From contig CALRCK010000006.1 of NCBI GenBank assembly GCA_943354605.1, forward strand, positions 1 through 50,953: DNA of 50,953 nucleotides. The letters run 5' to 3'. Numbering within the stretch: the stretch's first letter is position 1; each line of letters begins with the position of its first letter. This document shows, in pieces, positions 8,541 through 16,998 of the stretch. Source of the DNA: Candidatus Uhrbacteria bacterium. GTDB taxonomy: Bacteria; Patescibacteriota; Patescibacteriia; UBA9934. The notes under the pieces are model-generated. The model was not told the DNA's origin, searched no databases, and worked only from the letters and a program-made list of their open reading frames with translations. The position numbers were made by a program, and so were the translations under genes.

Positions 8541-10496
8541 ATGATTGTTCATAAAGTCTCAGTTCAGAATTTTCGGTCTATAGAGAATGAGATTCTGTTC
8601 TGCTCTGAGCTCACCGCATTGGTTGGCAGAAATGGATCGGGAAAGTCTTCATTTTTGCGGGCCCTTGAGTTATTTTATAGTCTTTCGCCAAAAGTCGATT
8701 CTGAAGATTTTTACAACCGAGATATTACACGAGAGATAGTTATTTCGGTTACATATAAAAGCTTAAACGGAGAGGCTCTCTCTTTGTTTGAAAAATACGT
8801 TGAGAATAATGAATTGACGGTCGAAAGAGTTTTTTCTTTGAAAGACGGGAAGTTTAGCTCTTCCTACCATGGCTCTTCTTTGCAGAACGACAAATGTTCA
8901 GAAGTACGGGAGGCCCTTTTATTAACAGATAGTGGGAAAACTGCAAAGGAAAAATACGCGCAACTTAAGGCTGGCCCTGAATTCAGCTCTCTCGTTCACG
9001 CGACAACTAAGGCTGCAATTTCAGAATCTCTAAAAAATTGGGAAAGAGCGAATCCAGCCAAATGTAGTAGGTCGAGAGACGACGGACAATTTTTTGGCTT
9101 CAAATCTGTGGCGAGCGGATATTTGGGTAGGTTTACAAAATTTCTGTTTATTCCCGCGATCAGAGATGCATCACAAGACGCGGCCGATGGGGCGTCATCT
9201 CCCATCGCAGAACTGATGAACTTAGTGGTCCGGAGCGTCCTTGCGGGAAAAACTGAATTGGCGGATTTGAAAAGAACAACGCAAACACAGTTTGGTGAAT
9301 TGATGGATCCATCGAAGTTGAGTGAGCTGAGTGTTTTAGCCGGAGGAATGACGCATACTCTCCAAAGTTTTGTTCCTGACGCTAGTATCGAGATGAGCTG
9401 GCAAAAGCTTCCGGATATAGATTTTCCGCTTCCCAAGGCGGATACAAAATTGAACCAAGATGGCTACGCTTCTTCTGTTGGAAGAGCGGGGCATGGTCTA
9501 CAAAGGGCATTTATCTTAACAGCCTTGCAACATCTTGCTCTAGCGCAGCAGAAAGATGGAGCTGCCGAGGGAGTCTCCTCGGCTGTTCTTCCAGTTCTTA
9601 TTTTAGCGATCGAAGAACCTGAGCTGTACCAACATCCGAATAGCCAGCATCATTTGGCGAGAATTATCCTTGAAATTGCCAAGGGAAAGACTCCGGGTGT
9701 CGCGGAAAAGACTCAAGTTATCTACGGTACTCACTCCCCGTACTTTGTCGGTATTGATCGGATAGATCAGATCAGATTACTGAGAAAACAAAAATCTGTA
9801 GTCGACTCTAACCCAAGGGTTACAAAGGTTATTCAGACTGATTTGGATAGGGTGGCGAGAAAAGTGTGGGAAGTTAATGGGTCGAACGGCCTAGCGTTTA
9901 CGCCTCTTACTTTGTTGCCAAGATTGGCTTCTATAATGACCCCTTCTTTAAATGAAGGTTTCTTCGCCGATGTTGTTGTGTTGGTCGAAGGGGAGGGTGA
10001 TGTTGCTGCGATTTGTGGCGCGTCCGGCGTGCTCGGATACGATTTAGCTAGTATGGGCGTGTCTGTTATAGCGTGTAATGGTAAAAATAGTATTGATCGT
10101 CCGGCTGTAATCTTTTCTGAATTAGGTATCTCCACTTTTATTGTTTGGGATTCGGATAAAGGACAGTCCGATTCGAAGAAGATAGCTCAGTCAGCTAAAG
10201 ATAACCAAACAATGGGGAGACTAGTCGGCGCTGTGCTAGAAGATTTTCCGGCGACTCAGGTTGCTGATAGGTACGCTTGTTTTGAAGTAAAATTAGAAGA
10301 AACATTACGAGAAGAAATTGGTGGTAACTTTGAAAAGTACTTGAAAGAGATTCAGGATAAGTTGGGAATTCCAAAGCGAGATTGGGCTATGAAGATGCCC
10401 ACGGTCTACTCTGAAGTATTGCGGATTGCGAAGGCCAACGGTGAAGGATCTGTGACGCTTGAGACTATTGTGAAGAATATTGTTGCTCTTAAATAA
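8541..10496 (+). CDS. OLD-family ATP-dependent nuclease (ABC-type ATPase + TOPRIM)
   Basis: Walker A GRNGSGKS, signature-like GHGLQR, Walker B IEEPE..QHP, H-loop THSP, TOPRIM LVEGEGD and WDSD; visibly more AT-rich than its flanks. Confidence 0.9.
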   Translation: MIVHKVSVQNFRSIENEILFCSELTALVGRNGSGKSSFLRALELFYSLSPKVDSEDFYNRDITREIVISVTYKSLNGEALSLFEKYVENNELTVERVFSLKDGKFSSSYHGSSLQNDKCSEVREALLLTDSGKTAKEKYAQLKAGPEFSSLVHATTKAAISESLKNWERANPAKCSRSRDDGQFFGFKSVASGYLGRFTKFLFIPAIRDASQDAADGASSPIAELMNLVVRSVLAGKTELADLKRTTQTQFGELMDPSKLSELSVLAGGMTHTLQSFVPDASIEMSWQKLPDIDFPLPKADTKLNQDGYASSVGRAGHGLQRAFILTALQHLALAQQKDGAAEGVSSAVLPVLILAIEEPELYQHPNSQHHLARIILEIAKGKTPGVAEKTQVIYGTHSPYFVGIDRIDQIRLLRKQKSVVDSNPRVTKVIQTDLDRVARKVWEVNGSNGLAFTPLTLLPRLASIMTPSLNEGFFADVVVLVEGEGDVAAICGASGVLGYDLASMGVSVIACNGKNSIDRPAVIFSELGISTFIVWDSDKGQSDSKKIAQSAKDNQTMGRLVGAVLEDFPATQVADRYACFEVKLEETLREEIGGNFEKYLKEIQDKLGIPKRDWAMKMPTVYSEVLRIAKANGEGSVTLETIVKNIVALK

Positions 10497-10638
10497 CAAC
10501 GCGCCTCCCATTCGGTTTTTTCCGCCTGGGGTTTGAATGATTTAAAAGTTTCATAATTTTGAGCCCAGAGACAAGTGCCAATCTTGTGTGGGGCGTTCAT
10601 TTAGAAAAAAATGTGGATAAACGAATTGTGGAATTGTC

Positions 10639-10670
10639 GTCATAGGTTGATAATTAAATCAACCTATGAC
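10639..10670. promoter_or_regulatory. Putative autoregulatory operator of the HTH-methyltransferase
   Basis: 13-bp perfect inverted repeat GTCATAGGTTGAT-N6-ATCAACCTATGAC overlapping a GATAAT -10-like hexamer and the ATG at 10666. Confidence 0.65.
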
Positions 10671-12054
10671 TCTAGCACAAGCCATACGAAGCAGGCGCGA
10701 ACGTGTGAATGTAAGTATTAAAAAACTTGCTGCAGAGTTGGATATTGACTACACGCATCTAAGTAAAATAGAGAATGATCACATTCGTCCTTCGCGTGAA
10801 TTACTTGCCCGTTTAGCAGCTTCGCTTGAGGCTGATTTGGATGAGTGGCTTATTCTTGCAGGCTTCCTTCCCGCCGATGTTGCCAGGATTGCATCCTCTA
10901 ATCCTTCTGCTTTTGTGAAATATTTGCGTAAATCAAAACTGCCTTCGACTGAGTCGCGTTCAGATAAAAAGAGGAAGCCGAAATTACCAGTTATCAGTCT
11001 TTTTACTGGTGCTGGTGGTATGGATCTTGGCTTGGAGGAGGCGGGTTTCGAGACGGTAATCTCCATCGAGTTCAACCCTGTTTTCAGAGAGACAATTCGC
11101 CTGAATAGGCCGTCTTGGGATCCTGTCGACGAGTTTAATGGTGATGTAACAAAGATATCGTCGGATTACATCTTAAAAAGATCTGGACTGCGAAAGGGTG
11201 AGGCGGCGTTAGTTGTGGGCGGCGCCCCTTGTCAGCCTTTTAGTAATTTAGGAATGAAGAAGGGCACGAAGGATGCCAGAGGAAATCTGTTTCGAGATTT
11301 TATTAGGATAGTTCGAGACACGCACCCGTGTGGTTTTATTTTTGAAAATGTCGAGGGCTTGACTCAGCAAAAACATCAGGCGGTCACCGAAACTTTGAAT
11401 GACGCTTTTAAGGACATTGGATACTCAGTGCAGTCTAAGATACTCGTTGCTGCAGATTATGGTGTTCCTCAAAAGCGAAGGCGCTTGTTTGTAATAGGCT
11501 GTAGGTCTGGTGTGACCCCCGAGTTTATGGAGTCGACTCATTCTCCAAATGGTGACTCTGGAAAAAAGAAGTGGATTTCGGTCAGACAGGCATTCGCGGC
11601 CATTCCCAAGAGCCGTTTCAAAGGGTCGGATTGTTATTCGATGAATCATTCGGACGAAATGGTAAAGAGAATTTCTTATGTTTCGCCGGGCGGTAATTAT
11701 AAGGATTTGCCAGTAGAACTCTTGCCCAATTGCTGGAAGTCCGGAAAATACCAAGGTCAAGATACTTTTGGAAGACTGAGATGGGATCATCCGTCAGTCA
11801 CCATTCGAACTTGCGCATATAATCCAACAAAAGGCAGATATATTCACCCTCGAGAGAACCGAGGGTTGAATACAATTGAAATGGCGGCGCTTCAAAGTTT
11901 CCCTCACGATTATCAATTCGTTGGCGCCATGAAGTCCATAGGGGAACAGATAGGCAATGCCGTCCCGCCGCTACTCGCACGAGCCGTCGGGCTTTCGATG
12001 AGAAAAGCTATCGCTGTACTTCGCAGAAAGGAAGCAAGAATCAAGAAGAAGTAG
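10666..12054 (+). CDS. DNA (cytosine-5) methyltransferase with N-terminal XRE-type HTH
   Basis: HTH (LAAELDIDYTHLSKIEND); MTase motifs FTGAGG (I), PCQPFS (IV), ENV (VI), PQKRRR (VIII), GNAVPP (X). Confidence 0.95.
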   Translation: MTLAQAIRSRRERVNVSIKKLAAELDIDYTHLSKIENDHIRPSRELLARLAASLEADLDEWLILAGFLPADVARIASSNPSAFVKYLRKSKLPSTESRSDKKRKPKLPVISLFTGAGGMDLGLEEAGFETVISIEFNPVFRETIRLNRPSWDPVDEFNGDVTKISSDYILKRSGLRKGEAALVVGGAPCQPFSNLGMKKGTKDARGNLFRDFIRIVRDTHPCGFIFENVEGLTQQKHQAVTETLNDAFKDIGYSVQSKILVAADYGVPQKRRRLFVIGCRSGVTPEFMESTHSPNGDSGKKKWISVRQAFAAIPKSRFKGSDCYSMNHSDEMVKRISYVSPGGNYKDLPVELLPNCWKSGKYQGQDTFGRLRWDHPSVTIRTCAYNPTKGRYIHPRENRGLNTIEMAALQSFPHDYQFVGAMKSIGEQIGNAVPPLLARAVGLSMRKAIAVLRRKEARIKKK

Positions 12055-12901
12055 TTTTTTTGAAAAAGTCCTCTACGTCTCCCATGTTTTGAATCCAAAA
12101 GATTTCGTCAACAGCTTTTACGGATTTCGCGAAAACATTCGTGATCGATGAGATTGCTGCAGTCTTCATGACTTCGTAATCGGGCTTAGTTGGCTTTTTA
12201 TTAGTTAGCGCAAAATATCCGATTGAAGTATTGGTGTCCCAGTATCTAGTTTGCAAATGGGCTGTTATTGCTTTGATGACGTTTCCTTCGTGCACGAATT
12301 GGTATCTCCGATCGGGTCGTACCGAAGTCTTTGCGGAGACAGCAAAGGCAATTGCGCCGAAGGGGCACTCGCCGATAAATAGCTTATGTAAGTTTTCCAG
12401 AAATTCTGCGGTTTCCGTATCGAACTTCGTGATCGGTGGATGATTTATTATTTCTTCAGAGATTATTCGATTAATCTTGGAGAGATCAACGCAAAGAAAA
12501 TCCGGATTGGACATCTTTAATTCGATTCCTTGGGCCAAGAGATGTTTTTCAAGTTCGCCGATGCGGGAACGAACATCTTCGGAGAAGAAGTCGATGTAGT
12601 TAACCGAGAGAACGTTGGGTATCGTAAAAACACAGAAGCGCTTTGACTCTCGTGCTAGATTGAAAAACTTCGCCGCAAGAAGCATCTCGAACCATTCGCC
12701 TCTTGCGTTATTGAAGGCATTCTGGTCAACCTTTACTTTTGCTTTTGTTGCCTCTTCTTTTATTTTTGCTTCAATCTTCTCCAGCGCCAGTTTTATATCT
12801 ATTTCTTCCGGTACGTTTGGGAAAACTGCAGAGATCGCCCTTATGCGCTTGATCTGTATTCGGCCGTCGTCATCTACGTCTATCGTTTGGAATTCTTGCA
12901 T
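12041..12901 (-). CDS. Type II restriction endonuclease, Cfr10I/Bse634I-like (CCGG-core family)
   Basis: NARGEWFE, SNPD and KTSVRPDRRYQFVHEG match the PD...K-T-x-RPDR..Q...E signature; convergent on the MTase, 14-bp overlap. Confidence 0.85.
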   Translation of the reverse strand: MQEFQTIDVDDDGRIQIKRIRAISAVFPNVPEEIDIKLALEKIEAKIKEEATKAKVKVDQNAFNNARGEWFEMLLAAKFFNLARESKRFCVFTIPNVLSVNYIDFFSEDVRSRIGELEKHLLAQGIELKMSNPDFLCVDLSKINRIISEEIINHPPITKFDTETAEFLENLHKLFIGECPFGAIAFAVSAKTSVRPDRRYQFVHEGNVIKAITAHLQTRYWDTNTSIGYFALTNKKPTKPDYEVMKTAAISSITNVFAKSVKAVDEIFWIQNMGDVEDFFKKTTSS

Positions 12902-12963
12902 ATGTTGTTTGATGAGAGCTTAACCCATTTAGACTAGAAGGTCGATGGTTAACTCGAGTAAGT

Positions 12964-13902
12964 TTATAGATCCCACCCACACCCCCTCCCAAAATGCCCC
13001 CACATCGCAGTCTCCGCATAGGTCACTTCATCGAGCCTTAGGAGCTCGCGAATCCCGCGGGGTGTCAGATCGTATCCGGTGATCGGGATTTCTTTTCCAT
13101 CCACAATCGCAATCGCCATTACAGGCTCCGGTACGCCAATGGCGTAGGCGAGTTTGACGAAGGCTTCTTTGGCGCCAGCGGAAATAAAGTCGACGGCGAT
13201 TTTGCGGGCCATGTAGGCGCCACTGCGATCTACTTTGGTGTAATCCTTTCCGGAGAAGGATCCGCCGCCGATGGGGATTTCGGGGCCGTAGTTGTCGACG
13301 ATGAGTTTGCGGCCGGAGAGTCCGGTGTCGGCGTCGAATCCGCCCTGATTCCATTCGCCGGCGGGGTTGATGTAATAGTTTTTGGAAGTGATGATGGATT
13401 GTACGAGGGCGGTGAGGGCTTCGGTTGGTGCGTGCTGAAAGCTGGCGACGACTGCGGAAACTTTTCCGTCGATGAGGGTTACTTGGGTTTTGCCGTCGAA
13501 GGGATAAACCTTATAAATCTCTTGGCAGAGATTCCGGGCGAGCTCGTATTCCAGTGGCGTCATGGATTGTGTTTCCGCTGTTGCATAGCCTTTCATGATT
13601 CCTTGATCACCTGCGCCACCAATATCAACGCCGCGCGCAATTTCTGGGCTTTGCGCAACGATGTTGATTTGCACGGTGTAGTCGTCGCCAACGATCGATT
13701 TCACGATCTTTTCGAGATCTGGCTTTCCAAGACTCGTCACTTCGCCGTTGATGGTGATGAGTTTATGGCCGCCCATCACTTCGATTGCGGTGCGGCTGTT
13801 TTTATCTATCGCGAGATACGCATCCAAGAGGGAATCGGCGATGAAGTCGCAAATCTTGTCTGGGTGCTTTGGGCTGACGCACTCTGCGGTTTTGATGGAC
13901 AT
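12964..13902 (-). CDS. metK: S-adenosylmethionine synthetase (short form)
   Basis: ECVSPKHPDKICD, GAGDQG, DGKTQV, DTGLSGRKLIVDNYG, GGGSFSGKD.TKVDRSGAY. Confidence 0.95.
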   Translation of the reverse strand: MSIKTAECVSPKHPDKICDFIADSLLDAYLAIDKNSRTAIEVMGGHKLITINGEVTSLGKPDLEKIVKSIVGDDYTVQINIVAQSPEIARGVDIGGAGDQGIMKGYATAETQSMTPLEYELARNLCQEIYKVYPFDGKTQVTLIDGKVSAVVASFQHAPTEALTALVQSIITSKNYYINPAGEWNQGGFDADTGLSGRKLIVDNYGPEIPIGGGSFSGKDYTKVDRSGAYMARKIAVDFISAGAKEAFVKLAYAIGVPEPVMAIAIVDGKEIPITGYDLTPRGIRELLRLDEVTYAETAMWGHFGRGCGWDL

Positions 13903-13943
13903 AAAGAAAAATCTTTCCCCGATGAAAGAGAAAGACATTTGTA

Positions 13944-14041
13944 ATTATCTTTCCCCTCACGGGGTTGGAATTGGCACCTTCTTAGAATAAGGGTTGCCGG
14001 TGGGTCGTAGAGCCAAAACTCTCGCCACGCTCGTGATATGG
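13944..14041 (-). ncRNA. SAM-I (S-box) riboswitch aptamer
   Basis: Minus strand: AUAUCACGAG-CGUGG-CGAGAG-UUUUGG-CUCU-ACGA-CCCAC-CGGCAACC-(P3)-GGUGCCAAUUCC-CCCC/GUGA/GGGG-AAAGAUAA; kink-turn GA pairs, UUGG:CCAA pseudoknot; directly 5' of metK. Confidence 0.9.
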
Positions 14042-14101
14042 ATTGTGTTCAAAGGATAGCAGAGAATACGCGAAGCACAACGTGTACTGTGAATGTAAAA
14101 C

Positions 14102-14130
14102 AAAAGCCCACGAGAAATCGTGGGCTTTGT
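14102..14130 (-). terminator. Intrinsic terminator (probably bidirectional)
   Basis: AAAGCCCACGA-GAAA-TCGTGGGCTTT just past the stop of 14133..14315. Confidence 0.8.
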
Positions 14131-14132
14131 GA

Positions 14133-14315
14133 CTACGTGGTTTGAAGTTTTTCGCTTCGTTTCACGAGTTCTTGTTGATTTTTGTTCGCCATCTTTGCCG
14201 CCTTTGTGAAGAGTTTCATTTTTTCTTTGTCCGAGGCGTGACGAAGGAAATAGGAGAGCCCGTCGGTCCCTGGGGTCTTTTTCTTTTGTATTCTCAGGAA
14301 TTCTAGGATTTTCAT
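14133..14315 (-). CDS. Small basic protein coupled to the zeta-like gene; candidate antitoxin/partner
   Basis: 60 aa; ATGA overlap with the upstream gene; followed by a terminator. Confidence 0.65.
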   Translation of the reverse strand: MKILEFLRIQKKKTPGTDGLSYFLRHASDKEKMKLFTKAAKMANKNQQELVKRSEKLQTT

Positions 14316-15019
14316 ATGAGTTTCATCAGTGTTTCTTCAGTATACTTATCGGGAAGGAGCTCGTCTAATCCGGGGCCGTTTGCCAAGAGATATTGAAGGG
14401 ATTCCACTGCATTTGTCTTAAAATCCTTTTTCACGAGGATTATTTTCACGTCATCAGGGAATTCTTTGCGAATTCGCATAATCGTTTCTCGTGCGCCGAG
14501 AAATTGTCGAATAAATGCTTCTTTAGGAATATTTCTCCCCTCAACAATTTCTCTCGCCACAGTAAAGTTCCAGGCGACAACAGGATCCTGATAAATATAG
14601 AGGATCAGAATCTTTCGATGGTGACGGAGTGATCGTTCGATATTGTCGCGGGCCTTTTCGTAGTTCGCAAATGTCCCGTCGATAATTGCAGTCTGACGAT
14701 TCTTTAATACGTTATCGTATAGCCGTTCAACGATAAGTGATACCGCTCTTTGGACCTCCGAGGAATTGCTTCCTGTATAGCCCTTAATCTTTGGGCGAAG
14801 TTCGTCGCTGTCGATTCGAATAGGAATGGTTTCATACGTTTCCGCGATCAACGCAAGAACACTTTTTGAAAATTCCGTTTTCCCCGCACCTGGAGACCCG
14901 GCCATGAAAACGGTTTCCGGCGATGCACTCGGTGGATAGATATTTTTATCGGTGAGTTCACGAGCGATCTTGGTTCTATTTGTCTTGGCGTACTGGATTG
15001 CTTCATCTTCTAGGTTCAT
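14312..15019 (-). CDS. Zeta-toxin-family P-loop kinase
   Basis: FMAGSPGAGKTE, IDSDELR, IIDGTF, RE..EGRNIP; TGT-TATGAT -10 box 8 nt upstream. Confidence 0.82.
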   Translation of the reverse strand: MNLEDEAIQYAKTNRTKIARELTDKNIYPPSASPETVFMAGSPGAGKTEFSKSVLALIAETYETIPIRIDSDELRPKIKGYTGSNSSEVQRAVSLIVERLYDNVLKNRQTAIIDGTFANYEKARDNIERSLRHHRKILILYIYQDPVVAWNFTVAREIVEGRNIPKEAFIRQFLGARETIMRIRKEFPDDVKIILVKKDFKTNAVESLQYLLANGPGLDELLPDKYTEETLMKLI

Positions 15020-15046
15020 ACTGAGATATCATAACATCGTCTTTTT

Positions 15047-15781
15047 ATGCCCCCACGAGTCCGCAACCTCTACGACCCAAAGTCAAAAGCACCGTACAAA
15101 GTCTCGCGTTCGAAGATCGAGCTCTTTGTCGATTGCCCGAGATGCTTTTACATTGATCGTCGACTAGGCGTTGGTCGGCCGTCTGGTCCGCCGTTCAATA
15201 TCAACAAGACCGTCGATTTGTTGCTGAAGAAGGAATTCGATGTGCATCGGGCGGCGGGGACGGCGCATCCGCTTATGAGGGAATATGGATTAGATGCGAT
15301 TCCGTTTGCGCATGAGGAGATGGATGCGTGGAGGGAGAATTTTGTGGGGTGCCAGGTGGTGGATGAGCCGAGTAATTTTTTGGTGACCGGCGCCGTCGAT
15401 GATTTGTGGGTGAATCCGGCGGGGGAGATTATCGTGGTGGATTATAAGGCGACAAGTAAAAGTACGGAGGTGAATTTGGATGCGGAGTGGCAAAAGAGTT
15501 ATAAGCGGCAGATGGAAATTTATCAGTGGATTTTGCGGAGGATGGGATTTGTCGTCTCAAATACCGGGTATTTTGTGTACTGCAACGGCCGGCAAGACGT
15601 GGCAGCGTTTGATGGCAAGATTGAGTTTGACGTGAAGATTCTTCCGTACACAGGCGACGATGCGTGGATTCCCGGTGTGCTGATGCAGATGCGAAAATGC
15701 TTGCGCGCGAGCAAGGCGCCGAAGGCTGCGGTGGATTGTGAGTACTGCGCGTATATTGCCGGCGTACAGTCTGTTCAATAA
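15047..15781 (+). CDS. PD-(D/E)XK RecB/Cas4-like nuclease
   Basis: N-terminal CPRC, GAVDD...VDYK, QMEIY, C-terminal CEYC. Confidence 0.85.
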   Translation: MPPRVRNLYDPKSKAPYKVSRSKIELFVDCPRCFYIDRRLGVGRPSGPPFNINKTVDLLLKKEFDVHRAAGTAHPLMREYGLDAIPFAHEEMDAWRENFVGCQVVDEPSNFLVTGAVDDLWVNPAGEIIVVDYKATSKSTEVNLDAEWQKSYKRQMEIYQWILRRMGFVVSNTGYFVYCNGRQDVAAFDGKIEFDVKILPYTGDDAWIPGVLMQMRKCLRASKAPKAAVDCEYCAYIAGVQSVQ

Positions 15782-15789
15782 TTTCGTTT

Positions 15790-16353
15790 CTGACGAACGC
15801 TGCACCCATCCCCTACACCCTCCGCCGAAAGCGCTTTTCGCGGGTGCTGAGGTTTGCGGTGCATGCGGATGGGCGATTAGTTGTGACCGCGCCAGTTTTC
15901 ATCGGGAAACGAATGATCGAGAAGATGATTACGGAAAAGAGGGAATGGATTTTGGAGAAGTTAGAGGTTGCGCGTAGAGACGGCGCGCTGCGCCGTCTCG
16001 AATCGGCGCCGAAGAGGACGAAGAAACAGGTCGCCGAGGATAAGAATCGCGCACTGGAAATCATCCGATCGCGCATTGCGCATTTCAATCTTGTCTACCG
16101 ATTATCGTGGAAGCGCATTGCGATTCGGAATCAACGGACGCGATGGGGGAGTTGTTCGAAGCGGGGGAATTTGAATTTCAATTATAAGATTGCGTTGTTG
16201 CCGCCGTACCTTGCCGATTACATCATCGTTCACGAGCTGTGCCACTTGGCGCAGATGAATCATTCAAAGAAGTTTTGGGACCTTGTGGCACAGACGATTC
16301 CGGATTGGAAGGAGCGGAGGAAAGAGATTCGGACATACGAAGTCGGGAATTGA
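15790..16353 (+). CDS. YgjP/DUF45-like zinc metallohydrolase (M48/SprT-like)
   Basis: RWGSCS, DYIIVHELCHL..MNHS..FW; the family-typical N-terminus (YTLRRKR...) lies upstream of GTG 15844, so the start is uncertain (CTG 15790?). Confidence 0.85.
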   Translation: MTNAAPIPYTLRRKRFSRVLRFAVHADGRLVVTAPVFIGKRMIEKMITEKREWILEKLEVARRDGALRRLESAPKRTKKQVAEDKNRALEIIRSRIAHFNLVYRLSWKRIAIRNQRTRWGSCSKRGNLNFNYKIALLPPYLADYIIVHELCHLAQMNHSKKFWDLVAQTIPDWKERRKEIRTYEVGN

Positions 16354-16378
16354 CACTAATAACGTCACGCGTTATTAT
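16350..16378 (+). promoter_or_regulatory. sigma70 promoter and operator of higBA
   Basis: TTGACA-17 nt-TATTAT with palindrome TAATAACG-N5-CGTTATTA (16357-16377) overlapping it. Confidence 0.85.
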
Positions 16379-16405
16379 TTGGGCATGCCGTAAGTTCTGC
16401 CGTGT

Positions 16406-16684
16406 ATGATTCAAAGTTTCGGAGATGGAGAAACGGAGAAGCTCTTCCATGGAATTCAGGTGAAGCGATTTGAAGTGTTTGAACGGATCGCTCGCCGGAA
16501 GCTTGAAATGGTGAATGCTTCAGTATCGATATCAGATTTGAAAGTGCCGCCAGGAAATCGACTAGAACGGCTGAAGGGAAGCCGATCGAAATATTACAGC
16601 ATACGGGTCAACGATCAGTGGAGGATTTGTTTCATCTGGAAGGACGGCGGAGCATACGAGGTCGAGATTGAGGATTATCACTAA
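16406..16684 (+). CDS. higB: HigB toxin (RelE/ParE superfamily)
   Basis: MIQSF...DLKVPPGNRLERLKG...YSIRVNDQWRICF.W....A.EVEIEDYH. Confidence 0.95.
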   Translation: MIQSFGDGETEKLFHGIQVKRFEVFERIARRKLEMVNASVSISDLKVPPGNRLERLKGSRSKYYSIRVNDQWRICFIWKDGGAYEVEIEDYH

Positions 16685-16694
16685 CACAATACAT

Positions 16695-16994
16695 ATGGCC
16701 ATGACAAACATTCACCCTGGCGAGATTCTCGACGAAGAGTTCCTCAAGCCGCTCGCGATTACTGAGTATCGGCTTGCGAAGGATATTGGTGTTCCGGCGC
16801 GACGCATTAACGAAATCGTTCATGGTGATCGGTCAATCTCGGCTGACACTGCGCTTCGGTTTTCCGCGTATTTTGGAACATCGGCGGAGTTCTGGTTGAA
16901 TCTTCAGTCGCGATACGATCTGCTTGTTGAGCAAAAGACTTCCGGAAAGCGCATCGAAAAGGAGGTTAAGCGTTACGATCTCGTTGCCGCATAG
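16695..16994 (+). CDS. higA: HigA antitoxin
   Basis: HPGEIL.EEFL.PL...RINEIV.G.RSISADTALR...FGTS.EFWLNLQ. Confidence 0.95.
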   Translation: MAMTNIHPGEILDEEFLKPLAITEYRLAKDIGVPARRINEIVHGDRSISADTALRFSAYFGTSAEFWLNLQSRYDLLVEQKTSGKRIEKEVKRYDLVAA

Positions 16995-16998
16995 TACT

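Noticed and set aside
1223-10620. Replication origin from DnaA boxes (TGTGGATAA at 1223 and 10612)
   Set aside because: Isolated single boxes; no cluster, unwinding element or dnaA/dnaN nearby
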